This document shows positions 11,645 through 25,977 of a stretch of 64,000 bases of DNA, in pieces (positions within the stretch are counted from its first letter, which is position 1; each line of letters opens with the position of its first letter). This stretch comes from Octopus sinensis (lineage: Eukaryota). The DNA lies in the NCBI RefSeq assembly GCF_006345805.1, contig NC_042999.1, positions 33,790,001 through 33,854,000 on the forward strand. Reading direction: 5' to 3'. Position numbers and translations under genes: made by a program. The notes beneath the pieces were generated by a model. The model saw only the letters and a list, made by a program, of their open reading frames with translations. It ran no database searches and was not told where the DNA came from.

Positions 11645-13575
11645 GTCTTTTTATCACAGGTTTTGTTGGAACTCCTAAAGTCTTGCATACATAGCGGGCT
11701 TACTACCTTATTAATTGCTTGGATTTAATTCTTCCGTATTGAATGCTTGGATTTAATTTCATTCAATCAATTTTGAGCGAAAAATCAACTTCAGTTTTAG
11801 GAAATGCTCTATCCTCAATTGCTCTTTAATTTCCTTTTCCCTTATCCCGTTGAACTCTAGTACACAAGGTATCTTTCCGTTTCAATTTGCTAGATCAAGT
11901 CTCTATTCGGTAATTCTATCCCTGCTAGGGACTGTAACTTGCCTCGTTTGAGGTAGCTTATTCCGCACTTCTTGAGTCCATATACCATTCTAATATCAGT
12001 ACTAAAAGAGTGGATCATGTTCACCAAGGAACTTACTTGTGTTTCATCTTTGCCGTGCAGTTTCAAATCATCCATGAAGAGGAGGTGTTTAATTGTTTGG
12101 TATCTTTCCTTTAGTTTGTACCCCGGGTTCATTTTCCTAAGTACCAACATCAGAGGTATCATACAGAGAACGAAAAGCAACGGCGATAGGCTATCACCCT
12201 GAAAAATCTCTCTTCCCATACCCAGGGTGCCCAAGCTTTTTCCGTAAGATGTCAATTCAGTTTTCCATCCCAACATACTTCTCTTCAGGAAGCACGTTAC
12301 ATTCCGCACAGTTTCATGCAGTTCTAAGCGATCGATGATGTACGAATCTGGAACAATATCCTAAGCTTTGCGACAGTCAACCCAGGCCATTCCCAGATTT
12401 GTTCTCCTTCGCTTACAATCTTGCTTTTCCTATTATTTTCTATCAATAGTTGATTTTTAGTACCTCTGCATCTCCTTCTACAGCCATCTTGTCCCGGCGG
12501 TAATATATCATTTTCATCAAGAAATTGATACAGTTCTTCTGCAATTCCACTTGACAGTAACTTCCATATTAATGCGAGGCAGGAAATTGGTCTGTAATTA
12601 CCAACAGCATTTCCCTTTGAGAGCATCTTTCAGGTGCGTACATTTGTCAACCAGTCCGGGATTTCTTCTTCTTCATGGATCAATGCATTAAATTGCCTGG
12701 CGAGGAATTTATGGCAACTACTGAACGTTTTTATCCCTAATCCCTGCATACCATCAAGTCCTGCAGCTTTCCAATTGCTTATCTTTTTACTTATATTTAT
12801 GATACTGTCTTCTGTGAAGTGGATAGGCTGGGAATAAGGAGCTGTTTTCTTCAGCCTGCAGAGCCATTCAGCTGTAGTATTATGTTGTTCTTGTTTACTC
12901 TATATCTTAGTCCAGAAGAGTTGCCTTTCATCTGCATCAGGGACTAATCCTTATCGTCATGAATCTCGTGGTAAAATCATTTGTGGTCGGCTCTAAACAG
13001 TTTATTTTTCTGGTATTGCTTAATCCGTTGTTCAAACCAACTTAGCTTTGCTTTTTTACATGTACATTATTGACTTTATTCCTCAATACATTCGTCAGTA
13101 CATTATTGACGTTATTTGTTTTTTGATTTAGACTCTATTGGTTAATATTCTTAAGGTCGCATATAAATTATGTCCCTTCTGTATTTAATAGGTCCAAAAT
13201 TCTGTCCATTATCAATCGATCTTCATTGTTTGAGTAGTCACTGATCTCAATTGTTCATAATTCACAGGGATTATATTTTTGCGAACAATTGTCCATCTTT
13301 TCCACTATACCGATTTCATCTCTCGCATGCTCAGCGTCACTCGATATCCATCTTTTAATAGCTTCCAGCTCCAATTCTGTTAACCATCCATTCTTTCGTA
13401 TTGCTCTTGCTTGGTCACATAATTTCTGTTCAGTAATTTCGAACAGTTCCATTGGCTTCCTTTCATTCACTGTACATTCGTTTTCTGTACCTTCTGATAG
13501 GCACAACATACGCATCCACTGATGTGATCCGGTAGAAATACTCTATCATATTTACTTGTTTACTCCACTTATGTC
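11645..13575 (-). mobile_element. R4/Dong-like non-LTR retrotransposon, decayed and 3'-truncated
   Basis: Fragments read [62 protein letters not shown]; contains stops and frameshifts; (TAA)n at the 3' side. Confidence 0.9.
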
Positions 13576-13579
13576 TTGT

Positions 13580-13770
13580 AGTATGGCGAGCAATTGCTGG
13601 ATTACGACTCGGCTCTCCTTTCTAAACACTCTGAGTTCAAATTCCGCCCAGGTCGACTTTACAGTTTATCTTCTCGCAGTCGAAGAAATACGTATCTGTG
13701 GAGCACTGGAATTGATGTAATCGACTTAATCCCTTCCCCCAAACTTGAGGCTTTGTGCCTACAGCAGGTA
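13580..13770 (+). mobile_element. Degenerate SINE (family A variant)
   Basis: ctgagttcaaattccgcccaggtcgacttt...gatgtaatcgacttaatcccttccccc. Confidence 0.6.
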
Positions 13771-13772
13771 TA

Positions 13773-13848
<76 letters not shown>

Positions 13849-13965
13849 CATTATTATTATTATAATTATTATTATTATTAATATTATTATTATTATTATT
13901 ATTTTTATCATCATCATCATCAACGTCATCGTCATCATCATCATCATCATCATCAACATTGTTAT
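13771..13965. repeat. (TTA)n/(TCA)n microsatellite
   Basis: Directly visible. Confidence 0.95.
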
Positions 13966-14789
13966 TATCATTTCTAGTACTTGTACGAAATGTCATGCGT
14001 CTTAAGAGTTGCTAAATTTTGTTGTTAATAATTTGTTTACTTTTTTTAAAAAAAGGTCTGCTAAATCTTTAAATATGCACGATTGCTTTTTTCTGGGAAG
14101 CGAGTGACACCTTAATTTCTCCATAAATACGTAAATTTTAGAAATACTTTCTCGGTTTACAATTTCTCTCTTTTTTTAAATTATGGTTTGACAGCTAACA
14201 TCAGATTTATTCAGGGGATATTAAGGGGGAGGAGTCATAACACTATCGACTTTATAAAAGGGAAAGTACACTCCACCTCCCTTCGATCAACTACATCGAC
14301 CTTGTAGGTTGACTGAAAGAAGCCGTCTCTGCACGAAAACAACCACAGCAGACACGGTAAGACAACGGTAGAAATAGTAAAGATAACGTTTTAATGGACT
14401 CCGCGAATACAGGAAGCAGCAGCACCAGTTGCAACAAAAATGCAATCTCAGCGACATCAACTGCAACAGCAGTGGTAACATCAATAACACTAACATCTGC
14501 AGCAACTACAAAAGCAACGAAAGCAACAACAAAAGCAATGACTGCGAAATCTATAGCAGCAGCAAGAACAAAGGTGACGAAGACGACAACATATATATAT
14601 AATGCGGTTGATTCCAGAAGCAAGCAATCTTTTTGCTGGCCTGGTCATGAAAGGCATAAAATACTTCTCACTCTCTCTAAACGAGAAGGGTGGACGTCTT
14701 ACAGAATCGGCACAACTTGTGAAAGTGATTGGAACGAGAAACGAATTTACAATTCCTCCCGATATTAATAACGAATGACACAGAACCTG

Positions 14790-15312
14790 AAATTTGGTTT
14801 GTGGTAGCCAGTCGATTACATCGCCCCCACAACCACCATCAGCGCTTACGTTATCGTAAGGATGAAAGGCAAAATTGTCCTACGCAGGAGTTCAATTCAG
14901 AACTTAAAGACGGACGAAATTACTCATAGTATTTTCTCCGGCGTGCGCACGATTGTGGCTGCTCGTCATCGTCATAATTATCTATGTATTATCAACACGA
15001 TGTCTGAATCTGAGAAGTGGGTGTTACTGGGATACATCAGCCATAGTGCTCGACTGGTATATTTATCGTCGACGCCGCAGGGATGAAAGGTAATATTGAT
15101 CTCAGCTAAACACAGAGGGGACAAACAGGGACAGACATAGGTATTAAGTCGATTACATCGACCCCAGTGTGTAACTGTTACTTAATTAATCGACCCCGAA
15201 AGGATGAAAGGCAAAGTCGACCTCGGCGGAATTTGAACTCACAAAGTAACGCAGACGAAATACCGCTAAGCATTTCGTCCGGCGTGCTAACGCTTCTGCC
15301 AGCTCGCCGCCT
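14790..15312 (-). mobile_element. Cluster of family A SINEs (two degenerate copies plus a young copy at ~15105-15312)
   Basis: Repeated gattacatcg..ccccag / ggatgaaaggcaaa / gaatttgaactc blocks. Confidence 0.8.
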
Positions 15313-16104
15313 TGTATGAAGGATGAAATACCGATAAGCGTTTTGTCAGGAATGTTAAAGATCATGACAACTCGCCATCTTCGACAAATGACTGTGCACT
15401 ATAGGCGAAATCCTGAAATTTTGGGGAAGATCTATTCAAACATAGAAGAAAAGATAACATATAAAGAGATATGGAGAAACAAACTGAACAGAAAAAATAA
15501 CGCAAAGTCCCAAACAAAGGAAAAGAAATGCAATCAAATGATGAGAGACTTAGTAGTGTGTAAATGAAGTGTATCAAAAGAAAGAATAGAATTCTCTACG
15601 AAGACTCTTTACTTCTCTTAGACTTGCCTAGCTTGTTTTTGTCTTCATATCCTCCTTTCTTTGCACCCACTACTTTTCCCCACAATATACTTTATATTTT
15701 TCTTCCTAGTTGACATATTTCACATGATTTCCCATTCCCCCTTTCTTTTCTCCAACATCTTTTAAAATATCCATGGCTATAGTCCTTTTATCAGTCATTC
15801 CATTTCATCTTATTTCTTGATTTTTCTCTTTAGTCTTCTTCATTTTTTTTCTTTACTTAACATTTAACATTTTCCCTCTCAAGATGATACGTCATATATA
15901 AATGCATGAATGAACTTATGTGTCCTGGTTCCTGTGTTATTCTGTTATGTGCGTAAAAATATTTTATACTATTTACAGCCAACTGCATAATATGCGAAAC
16001 AAAATCCTCCTTGTAAGTCAAAATAGCTGCATGATTTCCTTCCATCATGTTATGTAGCAACATATACACATTTACATACATGTACGTATGTATATATATA
16101 TATA

Positions 16105-16836
16105 TACGCAAAAATGAATATAATGCTGACATCTCATTTTAACAGATTAACAGATATATTTACTAAAATTACATAAAAATATCTTGAAATACTGAAAAGT
16201 AAATTTATTAAAAAAACAACGCTATTAGCTTCCAATGCGGTCTCCAAACGACCTCAGGCTCTCTTGCAACTCTTCTGAAAGGCGTCCTTGTTTGAGTTGG
16301 TAAATGCGGCCATAATCCTTGCCTTTAGTTTATCTTTGCTGTTACAAAGTGGTTTAGTGGTCTCTCTCTCAACTGCGCCCCACATGTAATAGACAAAGTG
16401 ATGCAGTCAAGGGAGTTTGGTGGCCAGATGTTAGAGTTGATATGACCGAAGAAATTGTCTGACAGCCATGAATGGTTACTGCATTTGCGTGGCATGGTGC
16501 AGGTATAGGATCTTCCAGTAGCCACCCTCCAGATCCAGGCCAGCACTACCTCCTCCTGACACTCAAATTAGGTCTCCGTATTGATTCTGAGACAGTGTGT
16601 GAACATGAATGGAGATATGACGTCACCATCACTAGTGATCACTCCAAACGCCATGATGTCGACTGGATGTGTGAATTTTATCGCTCTCGGTACATGCCCT
16701 GTCCTCAGATTGACAACCCAAATATTCTGCAATGTTTGTATTTTGGTTTTCAGCGACAATGCCAAGCAGTTCAGCAAGTCGTTTCCAAATGTCTGGAAGA
16801 GTTAAGTGTTATTCTTCTCACAGACGCTGCCCAAAT
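16105..16836 (-). mobile_element. Tc1/mariner-superfamily transposon remnant (maT/DD37D-like), internally deleted
   Basis: IKFTHPVDIMAFGVITSDG and IWPPNSLDC...YMWGAVE motifs; homologous to 37755-38940. Confidence 0.85.
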
Positions 16837-16840
16837 GTTT

Positions 16841-17374
16841 CAGGTTTTGCTTGTCACTTATATATTGGGTCAGTTTTAATTTATAGACTAGTTTTATCAA
16901 ATGCTTGTATATCCAAGGCCGGGTTTGTTAGGGGTGGGGAAGATGGAGTCGACAGGATTCATAGTGGGTTTAGTCATAAAAATCAAGATTTATTTGAAGA
17001 AATATCATGGGATTCGGTAAAGGAAAACTTAAATCAAGATGTTAGCTGACAATTAAGGAGGCTCGCAACAAGCAGAACATTAATAATGAAACAGGGGAAA
17101 TCTTATGATTGAGAACTATAGTTAAATATTTTAAGCAATACTGCCATGTTAAGCCGCCTTAATTGTCAGCTAACATCTTGATTTAAGTTTTCCTTTAGCA
17201 AATTCCATGATATTACTTCAAATAAAACTTGATTTTTATGACTATACTCACTATGATTTCTGTCGACTCCCTCATCCCTACCCCTAGCAGACCCGGCCTT
17301 AGATATACAAGGGTTTGATAAAAACAGTCTATAAATTAAAACTGACTCAATATGAAAGTGACAAGCAAAATCTG
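16841..17374. repeat. Diverged long inverted repeat (arms ~220 bp, spacer ~95 bp)
   Basis: caggttttgcttgtcactt...gatgttagctgacaattaagg vs ccttaattgtcagctaacatc...aagtgacaagcaaaatctg. Confidence 0.9.
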
Positions 17375-17487
17375 TACCAGGTCTTTCTTCCTGATAAATT
17401 AGTAGCTTCTAAGTAGAAAGAAAGGAGATTTTAGGCAAAATTATACTAATATGTCCATCTGTTTTAATTTAATTAAATTTTGCCGTT

Positions 17488-17575
17488 GTGCAGCTGAGGA
17501 TTGATCTGCATTTAAATTGATGTAATGGTTGCATTGTTCAATTAAATGGAGTTGCGTGAAACGATCGTACTGCAT
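17488..17575 (+). ncRNA. Type I hammerhead motif, core intact, base of stem II disrupted
   Basis: gtgcag / CTGAGGA (17494-500) ... GAAAC GATC GTA (17558-69) / ctgcat; 6-bp stem I. Confidence 0.6.
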
Positions 17576-17691
17576 TACCTCTGGATATCCTTGTTGCTTA
17601 TTTAGGACCTAATAACCTTATTTTGAAATTGTGTGGGTAATACCGTACTAAATTTCTACTGCCTCAACTGAAGTACCATATTCATCTGAAC

Positions 17692-17754
<63 letters not shown>

Positions 17755-17863
17755 AAGTATTCACAAAGATGCAGCAATGGCCAACTCCATATGCGTATGG
17801 TGATGCAACCCAATGGTAGAATAAAATCCATGAATTAGGTACTCCACGGAAGGACGGGCTCCG

Positions 17864-17897
<34 letters not shown>

Positions 17898-17946
17898 ATA
17901 TACATGCGTGTGTGTGTAAGTAGTTATAAATTATATGCATATGTAC

Positions 17947-18025
<79 letters not shown>

Positions 18026-20724
18026 CACACACAAGTACACGCATATATTAACACTGAAATTTATATGTCTAATGCATACTTTTGTATACATACTTTTGTA
18101 ACTATGGAGGAGGTAAAGGAGGATTTATTAAAGTGCGTGTGTTTGTGAGTGTGGAGTGCGTTTGTGTATGTGAGCGCCTGTTTGTAGACTTGGAAGAGTA
18201 TTTGTGTACCTTTACAAATGTAAAATTTTGGTTTTGAGAGAATAAAATGATTGTCGTCACGACATTTATATCTAAGGTTGTATATTTAAATATATCCTAT
18301 TGTTGTCTCATTTATTTTTATTCTCACATATCAATTCACATTTGTTGGATTTCATTCGACATATCAATTGGACACTTTATTGATAATTCTCCTTAATTTT
18401 ACTGCTTTTTATATATATTCAGTACACGCTGCTATAATGCGTCTTTCAAGGAAGCAGAATAAGGAAAATAGGGAATGGAGTTCTAAGCTACAGCTTACGA
18501 TGTGATACAAAACCTACAAAATTATCAAAATATTTATAGCATAAATTTTTGTATCTCAAGTTTAATATAAAAATGGAAGGGGTTTTATATATTTTTATCT
18601 GAACTTTCAAAATAAGGAAAAGATTTGGGGAAATGGAGAGAAAAAAACAGTGTTTAATTCCAGTTCAAAAGCTGTGAAGTCATTTTCCTCGCTTTTCGCA
18701 GCAATATAATGAAACAGAGCTTTAATAAAATTCTATTTTATGAAATGGAATGAACTGTGTGGAAAATATATGTGCCTGAGGCTTATGCAGTCATATGTAA
18801 CGACTTAAAAGCATGAATTATAGAAAGGAGTGATTGACAAAATCTATCTACAACACGTTTCAGAAAAAGAAATATAATAGGTCATCCTGTGAAAAATCAA
18901 AGTGCCTTCCATTATGTGGTTGAGAACATGAGAGCAAGAGAAGATAAAAATTACTTTTAGATTACGCCATATCATCTTAACAAAGTATGACCCATTGGAG
19001 AATGGGACATTATCTATTGCACGATAGAGATGTGGATATAAAATCAGATAAGATGAACCAAAGATAGAAACATTATCCTCATGCTTTTCAATCGGAATAT
19101 ATTTCAGTTCAAAAAGACGAGAGTATGATTAGAAAAAGCTACGTGGACACGAGAGAAGTGATGGAGATTCGCTGCATGTGTATAGGCCTGGTTCGGGGTC
19201 TAAGACATTGCATCGAATGTAATTGAAAGTGGACCTGTTATATACCGAAAATCAGGCCTGTCACTTAAGGTCTAGACAATGATTGTATTAAAATTGCCTT
19301 TATTTAATTCAGGAATGAATTGTATATAAACTGACACATTCTCGCTTTGGAAAGTTTTAATAATTTATCGAAACTCTTTGATGTCAGACAGTTTAATTCA
19401 TATATTCATATTAAGACATCAGATATATTGGGAAAATTATGCAATATCCAAGATATTTAACCTCTTTGCTTTCATAGCAAGAACGTGCAAATTCAACATC
19501 ATTAGTTTTATAATTAATTATTCTGTAAATATATATCAACACCCTAAAAATCGAATATCTCTGTTGGCAAGTATCTGGCCAGTTCCAAATCTGTATAGGT
19601 TCCTTCTTCACACATGATTGCTGTCCCCTTCTATTTACTCGTTGTCAAAGGTATTTATGACTACCCGTCTAAAGCCTCTTTCAGAGGACAATTCCCGGTG
19701 CAAACTTACATGTTTTAAAACATATCTAACAGACAGAAGTTTTCACTGACTGTGCACTTCCAATTGGATGTGCAAACATGTCACCACCCTTCTATTGCCA
19801 CAGCATCTCCGGTTGTTAGAATAAGATATCAAGTCATCATAAATGGACATACGTACGTCATTCCATTTTAATGCAAGACATTACCACACTCTGAGTCTCT
19901 GGGGTTAATAACTCGTAATAGACCCAGGAAGTGATGGCCCGTTATGTAAGACCGAAAAGGATAAAGTGACACCAGCTACGATTCATGGCAAGATTTACCA
20001 TTGCCAGGTAAAGCCAGTAACAACATGCAAGTGATAATAGAGATTTTAATTGATATGTTTAAAAACCGAGCGATGCTTTTACCTGATAGGAAAGGCTTAC
20101 ATACAAAAAGGTGAACTGATCTATACCACTGGATTGAAACAAAGTCGTAGGACTTACATCACAATTTTTCTTCTCCCAAAGAAATATATACACAAAGAAT
20201 ACGGGGTTTCCGTCACCTAGCTTTTAAATGACCGTTGGCATTATTCAGTTTATCTGCATTTAAAGGTGTTTTGCTTTTCACATTGCAGTGTGTCAAACAA
20301 AAACCTGTATCCTTATCTAGCAGGCCGATATCGTTGATGGTTAATCTCAGGCAACCTGAATTTGCAACGGGCTGCACTGGATAATATATTGCCAGAAGCA
20401 CCTAGAATGACGTGAAAAGATATACATACGTTTACACACACAAACCCACGCGCAGATATGCATATGAATCTATGTGTATATATATATATATACGTATATG
20501 TAAATGCATTTATATCCATACATACATATACATATGTATATATATATATATATATATAAAGGGTTTTCGTCAACATTATCCCCAATCTTGGTTATTCTAG
20601 AAACAGCTGTAAGAGAGTGTGTACTTTCTCTAGCCAAATTAAATGCCCTTTTCAGGTGATACGAAACGCTTTGTTTTTCTTTTTTACTTAAATCTAGACA
20701 TACATACATGCATGGATATATATA

Positions 20725-20767
<43 letters not shown>

Positions 20768-21378
20768 ATATATATAATATATATATATATATATAAGTGT
20801 ATATTAATACATTTGTGTGTGTATAGTTTGTTATTGTTGATATATACAATTAAGGAATCTAGCAGTAGAACAGTTTTTATGTGTAAATGCTCATTAATCC
20901 GTTATTTCTGTTGATGTATATGTCTCTCTGGTCGGCTGTATAAATGACGTTGACCATCATAAAAATAGGGAAAAGAAAGGAGTAACGTCAAACCAAGTAT
21001 GTTCGATGAAACTAAACATAACAGGATTTCTTCTAATATTGAATAAATGGTCAGAATAAGGGAAGAACCGCAAGGATATAACACAGCAGTGTATATCACA
21101 CACACGCAGATACAAACGGATATACCGACATAAACACTCCTACTACTTCCCGTTTACCTGTGATGCTAATATTGTCTTGTGCCTTTTCATGAGTTGCTAC
21201 TAACTTCCCGAAATGAAAGAATGTAATACTCTGCCAAATTTATTTTGAAGGAAGCTTCCGCTGGAAACATATTTTTTTAGTTTCCAAAGGCAATTTCAAT
21301 GTAGTCTTTCTGTCCACAAACACACATACTCACACACACACTCTCTCTCTTTCTCTCTCTCTTTCTCTGTCTCTGTCA

Positions 21379-21412
<34 letters not shown>

Positions 21413-22408
21413 ATCTCACTAGCTCTCTCGAATTGCAGTTTGCCTGAATTAGAATCGATCCTGTATATCTCTCTTCAACATAAAAAATGTGTTTCGTATT
21501 GTTGTTTCATGTACTACATTTATTCTGATGTATTCTTAGTTTGAGTATAACCATCTTCAGACGAATTCTTAAACCAACCATTCATCGATATATTATCGCA
21601 TGTACAACTGCATTACCCATAATACCTGTAACAAGTGAGCAGACATGAAAGATAAAATTATATTTAGCTACACCACATCGCCTCTTTTGAAATAATACAT
21701 CGAAAAAGTCATATTTTATATTCTCATTTATCCGTTCTCAAATACAGTTAATAGATATCCCGGTAATTAATGGCTAACGATTAGTAAATCACTTGTAAAC
21801 TAATATCATAATTTCTGTTAACTCCTTACAATATCATTATTAAATACCGATAGACATTATACTTAAATTATGGAATTACATTGTTAAATATGAAAGAGCA
21901 TTTGGCAAGAAAAGGCGATAAATATATTGATCAACCCACAATTAGTAGCAAAGTGGCAATGATTAGCATCATTAGAGGTCACGTATGACACCGCAATCAA
22001 TACTGTAGACTATTATACTTTCATTTCAATTCGACACTTCAAGACGGTACACAAGAGTCGACTGTAAGTGCTACCTAGTGAATAATTGAATAAATGCAAA
22101 AAATTGATGGCTTTTGATTAATTATCGTCTAGGTAATATTTCCTTTCTCAATTATAACCCGTGCAATTGGGAATGGGATATAGTACTTCAAATTAATTAC
22201 AGGTTTGTATATATATATATGTGTGTATGTGTGTGTGTGTTTGTGTGTGTGTGCGTGTGTGTTCGTGCGTATGCGCGCGTGTGTGTGTATGTGTGTGTGA
22301 GATTGTGAGTGTGTATGTATGTATATATATGTATATATGTGTATATATAAGTATACGTATATTTATATATATATAAGTGTACAGATCTATACATACATAC
22401 GCATATAT

Positions 22409-22518
<110 letters not shown>

Positions 22519-23139
22519 ATATACATACACACATACACACTTCAAGTTGTGCTGATAATACCAGACTGACATGGTGCTTCATTGTAAGTACCTATTACAA
22601 CTAAATCTCATTTCTATATATATATATACCTGTGTATACATACATATATGTATATATAAATGAAAAATGCATTAAATACTACAAGGTGTACACGTAAGGC
22701 AGACCCCGGAACACTAACACTTTATCCATTTTCATCTATTTAACGATAGTCACCTGCAAGATTTGTGGAGAAATAGTTTTCGAGTAAACATAATATTACA
22801 GCGTGCACGTACGAAGTAAACAACAGTAATTGAAACATTAGATGAAGTGAGTATATAAATAAATTTAGCCTTGGTGCAAAACAGGAGAATGATGGATTAA
22901 CGCCTGGGAGAAAACCAAAAATGGATATAAAGAACAGAATTGAGAAGACAAACTAAGGAAGAAGAGAAAAAGGAACAGAACCGAGAAGAGTAAAAGATTG
23001 ACCAGCACGCTGGGCGTGCAGTGACAAAAAAAGCATATAGAAAATCAGTAAATGATCACAGCATACACACACACATACACACACAAACACGCACACACAC
23101 ACACACACACACATACACACACAAACACGCATACACACA

Positions 23140-23197
<58 letters not shown>

Positions 23198-23198
<1 letters not shown>

Positions 23199-23360
23199 CA
23201 CCGTAATAACCGTGACCGACCAGGCTATCAGATCTTGCTACACATCGCTGGTCACAATGCGCTTCGCATTGTTTTAGCCTTCGCAACGCCCGGTCTGTGA
23301 ATCAAAACCACGATCCTACAACCGCAAGTCCGCTGCCCTAACCACTGGGCCATAACATCT
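23198..23360 (-). mobile_element. Family C1 SINE, internally deleted
   Basis: Reverse complement of the head and tail of 7490-7780. Confidence 0.75.
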
Positions 23361-23369
23361 CCTATATAT

Positions 23370-23810
23370 AATAGCTGCACCCTCCTTACACGAGAAAAGC
23401 CATTCCCAAAAAGAATTACTGAAATGATTCCTTACTAATGTCATGTGATGCCCGTATATTACTATTAAGCCCAGTTTTACACAATCTATTGCATACTGCA
23501 CAGCTATGCTAGGTGGCAGGAGAAACAGGTGCCACCATATGCACTCTCCTAACATGTCTTTTCATACCTACAAGTGAGAGGAATACTCCTCTACCTTTTA
23601 CACATGTTCTGTTGTGAATTGTATTAGCCACATCAATGTGTATCATGGGTCGATTGCTGTGAGATCTGTGATGGCTGACCAGGCCTGCACGACACAAACA
23701 CCTCCCCCCACAAATCACACACACAAAAAGCAACACTACATCACCCTACACAGATTTCCTCCTTCTTAGCCCGCTCGTAATTCTCTCATATAGGCAGTGA
23801 GCTGGCAAAA
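23370..23810 (-). mobile_element. RTE-BovB-like LINE 3' end
   Basis: FVCVICGGRCLCRAGLVSHHRSH matches the C-terminal CxxC...GLxSHxRxH finger of BovB-type ORFs, followed by a 3'UTR. Confidence 0.7.
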
Positions 23811-24440
23811 TCACTAGCATGCCGGGCGAAATGCTTAGCGGCATTTCTCACGTTTTGAGTTCAAAATTCCGATGAGGTCGCAGTTGTCTTTAAAAGGCGG
23901 TGCCCCAACATGACTATAATCTAAATAATAAGGAAACAAAGAAATCGTTCAACACATCTTTAACAATTCATTACAATTATTTCTGTACGAACTGTGCTTG
24001 TAAAACCATATATGTATATGGGAGAGTTATTCTTTTATTTATTGTTGAACATATTTACAAACATTAAACACAAATACCGAAATAGCATCTGATTTAAGAA
24101 ACAGAGGAACATGACAACAGCCAGAGGAAAGAATTAAAGTGAAGTCAGCGAAAGATAGATTTAGTTGGATTAAACATCAATAACACAGTTAATGGTTAAA
24201 CCAGAATGTGGAACTATAAACGTCATATGTCCGTCATATTTCAGACAATATATGTAAAGATGCATACGAATAATTATATGCATACGCACACTCACACCCG
24301 CACACAAATACACGCAAGATTTAATTCTTTGTATTAGCGGTTGTTATGTCTCCTCTGTTTCTTAAATCAGATGCATTTAAGGTATTTGTGCTTACTCTTA
24401 GTAAATACATTCAGTATTTAATAAAAGAATGAAGGAACAC

Positions 24441-24482
<42 letters not shown>

Positions 24483-25390
24483 TCATATACATATTGTACA
24501 AGTGTTTGTGTGTAGTGATGCTATAACGTATATCTATGTACATACAACTCAACATCCACGAACTCAAACATTCCAATTAAAGAAGTATTTACAACCAAAA
24601 GCCCTACCATACATCTCCACAAACAGCCCTCTGCACAATGTATCATTTCAGGGACGATACTACCTGTAGCCAACGATATTAGTTCTTTATCACAAAATAC
24701 AGACCCCTTTTGAACGTATCTACAACAAATGACATACCCACCACCACCACCTTAAGTATCACACAAGGAAATATTGGAAATGATACACTCTAAAGAGATA
24801 CGCAAGTCTCCATTAAAAACAGACCCAATCACTACTATAAACCACAACGAATCACTTTTAGGTCAGTTGACCATTTAACAACTTACTGCTATCACAGAAT
24901 CCCGCATTCTTTTATTACTATTTTGCTTCTTCGCTTTCGTCTTCGTCTTCTTCTTCCTCTCCGCCACCTCCTTCCTGACTTTACTACTAGAGCTGGTGAG
25001 AATAACACCCACACAAATATTAAAAACAATACATTCAAAAGAGATATCTCAAGAACTCAATCACTACTAACATCCACAAGTCAATTTCAGGCCACTTAAC
25101 AACCTACTACTATAACACCAATCCCACATTCTTTTCGTCTTCTTCTTCTCTGCCAAGAATTCACAACGACCATGAACCCACAAGAGTAAACAAGAGAGAC
25201 AGAGACAGATAGAAACAAGGAAAATGTCCCTTGTATTTGAATACTATGCAAATATTCTTTAAAAAAAAATTATTTCATTTTTCCAAATTTTTTTTTTTTA
25301 CTTAGAGTTGAAAAAGTTTCACTAACAGAAACTGGTATTAAATGTATTTTTTGTGATAAAATTATTTTAGCATTTACTACCTTTTTTCCT

Positions 25391-25493
<103 letters not shown>

Positions 25494-25977
25494 GTGTGCG
25501 TGCGTGTGTGTGTGTGTGCGTGTGTGTGTGCGTGAGAGAGAGAGAAGGTGGAGTCCTATTTCATCCTTTACTCTGGAGATTTCCGAATGTCAGTTTCTAA
25601 TAAAAGTTCTTCATATTTCATTGGTAGCTTACTGTTGTAAGAATTTAGCGGATATAAAAATACTACAAGTATAAGGTGTGTTATGAGGATTTATAGAAGA
25701 AGCATGCTATAGAAACTCAACAAACTTTTAATGATAGAGAAGTGAAGATGTTAGAATTTTGAAAATTATTTACTCCATGCATACGATCGTTTCAAACAGC
25801 AATATTAACATGTAAATACCATGTTAGAAAAAAAGAAACTAATTTAATTAACATAAAATTAATTACATGTTACGGTACGCCCTTGTGCGAAAAAAGAATC
25901 CACAAAATAAGTAATACAATTATAGTTACAGAAGATTTAATAGAGTGAGTATCACATAATATTCGTATATATATATA

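Noticed and set aside
14394-14600. Thr/Ala-rich or polyQ-like ORFs
   Set aside because: Degenerate (CAN)n trinucleotide tract with no splice or domain support.
19860-20400. Short exon-like frames (DPGSDGPLCK...CQ|GTAAAG on plus; GCLRLTIND... on minus; 16-nt microexon near 19710)
   Set aside because: Weak acceptors, incompatible strands and phases, no recognisable homology.
21505-21645. GPCR TM1-like GIMGNAVVHAIIYR after a good minus-strand acceptor, plus CTGAAGA...GAATAAATGTA as a possible HHR
   Set aside because: The frame stops immediately. The HHR lacks A15.1 and stem I.
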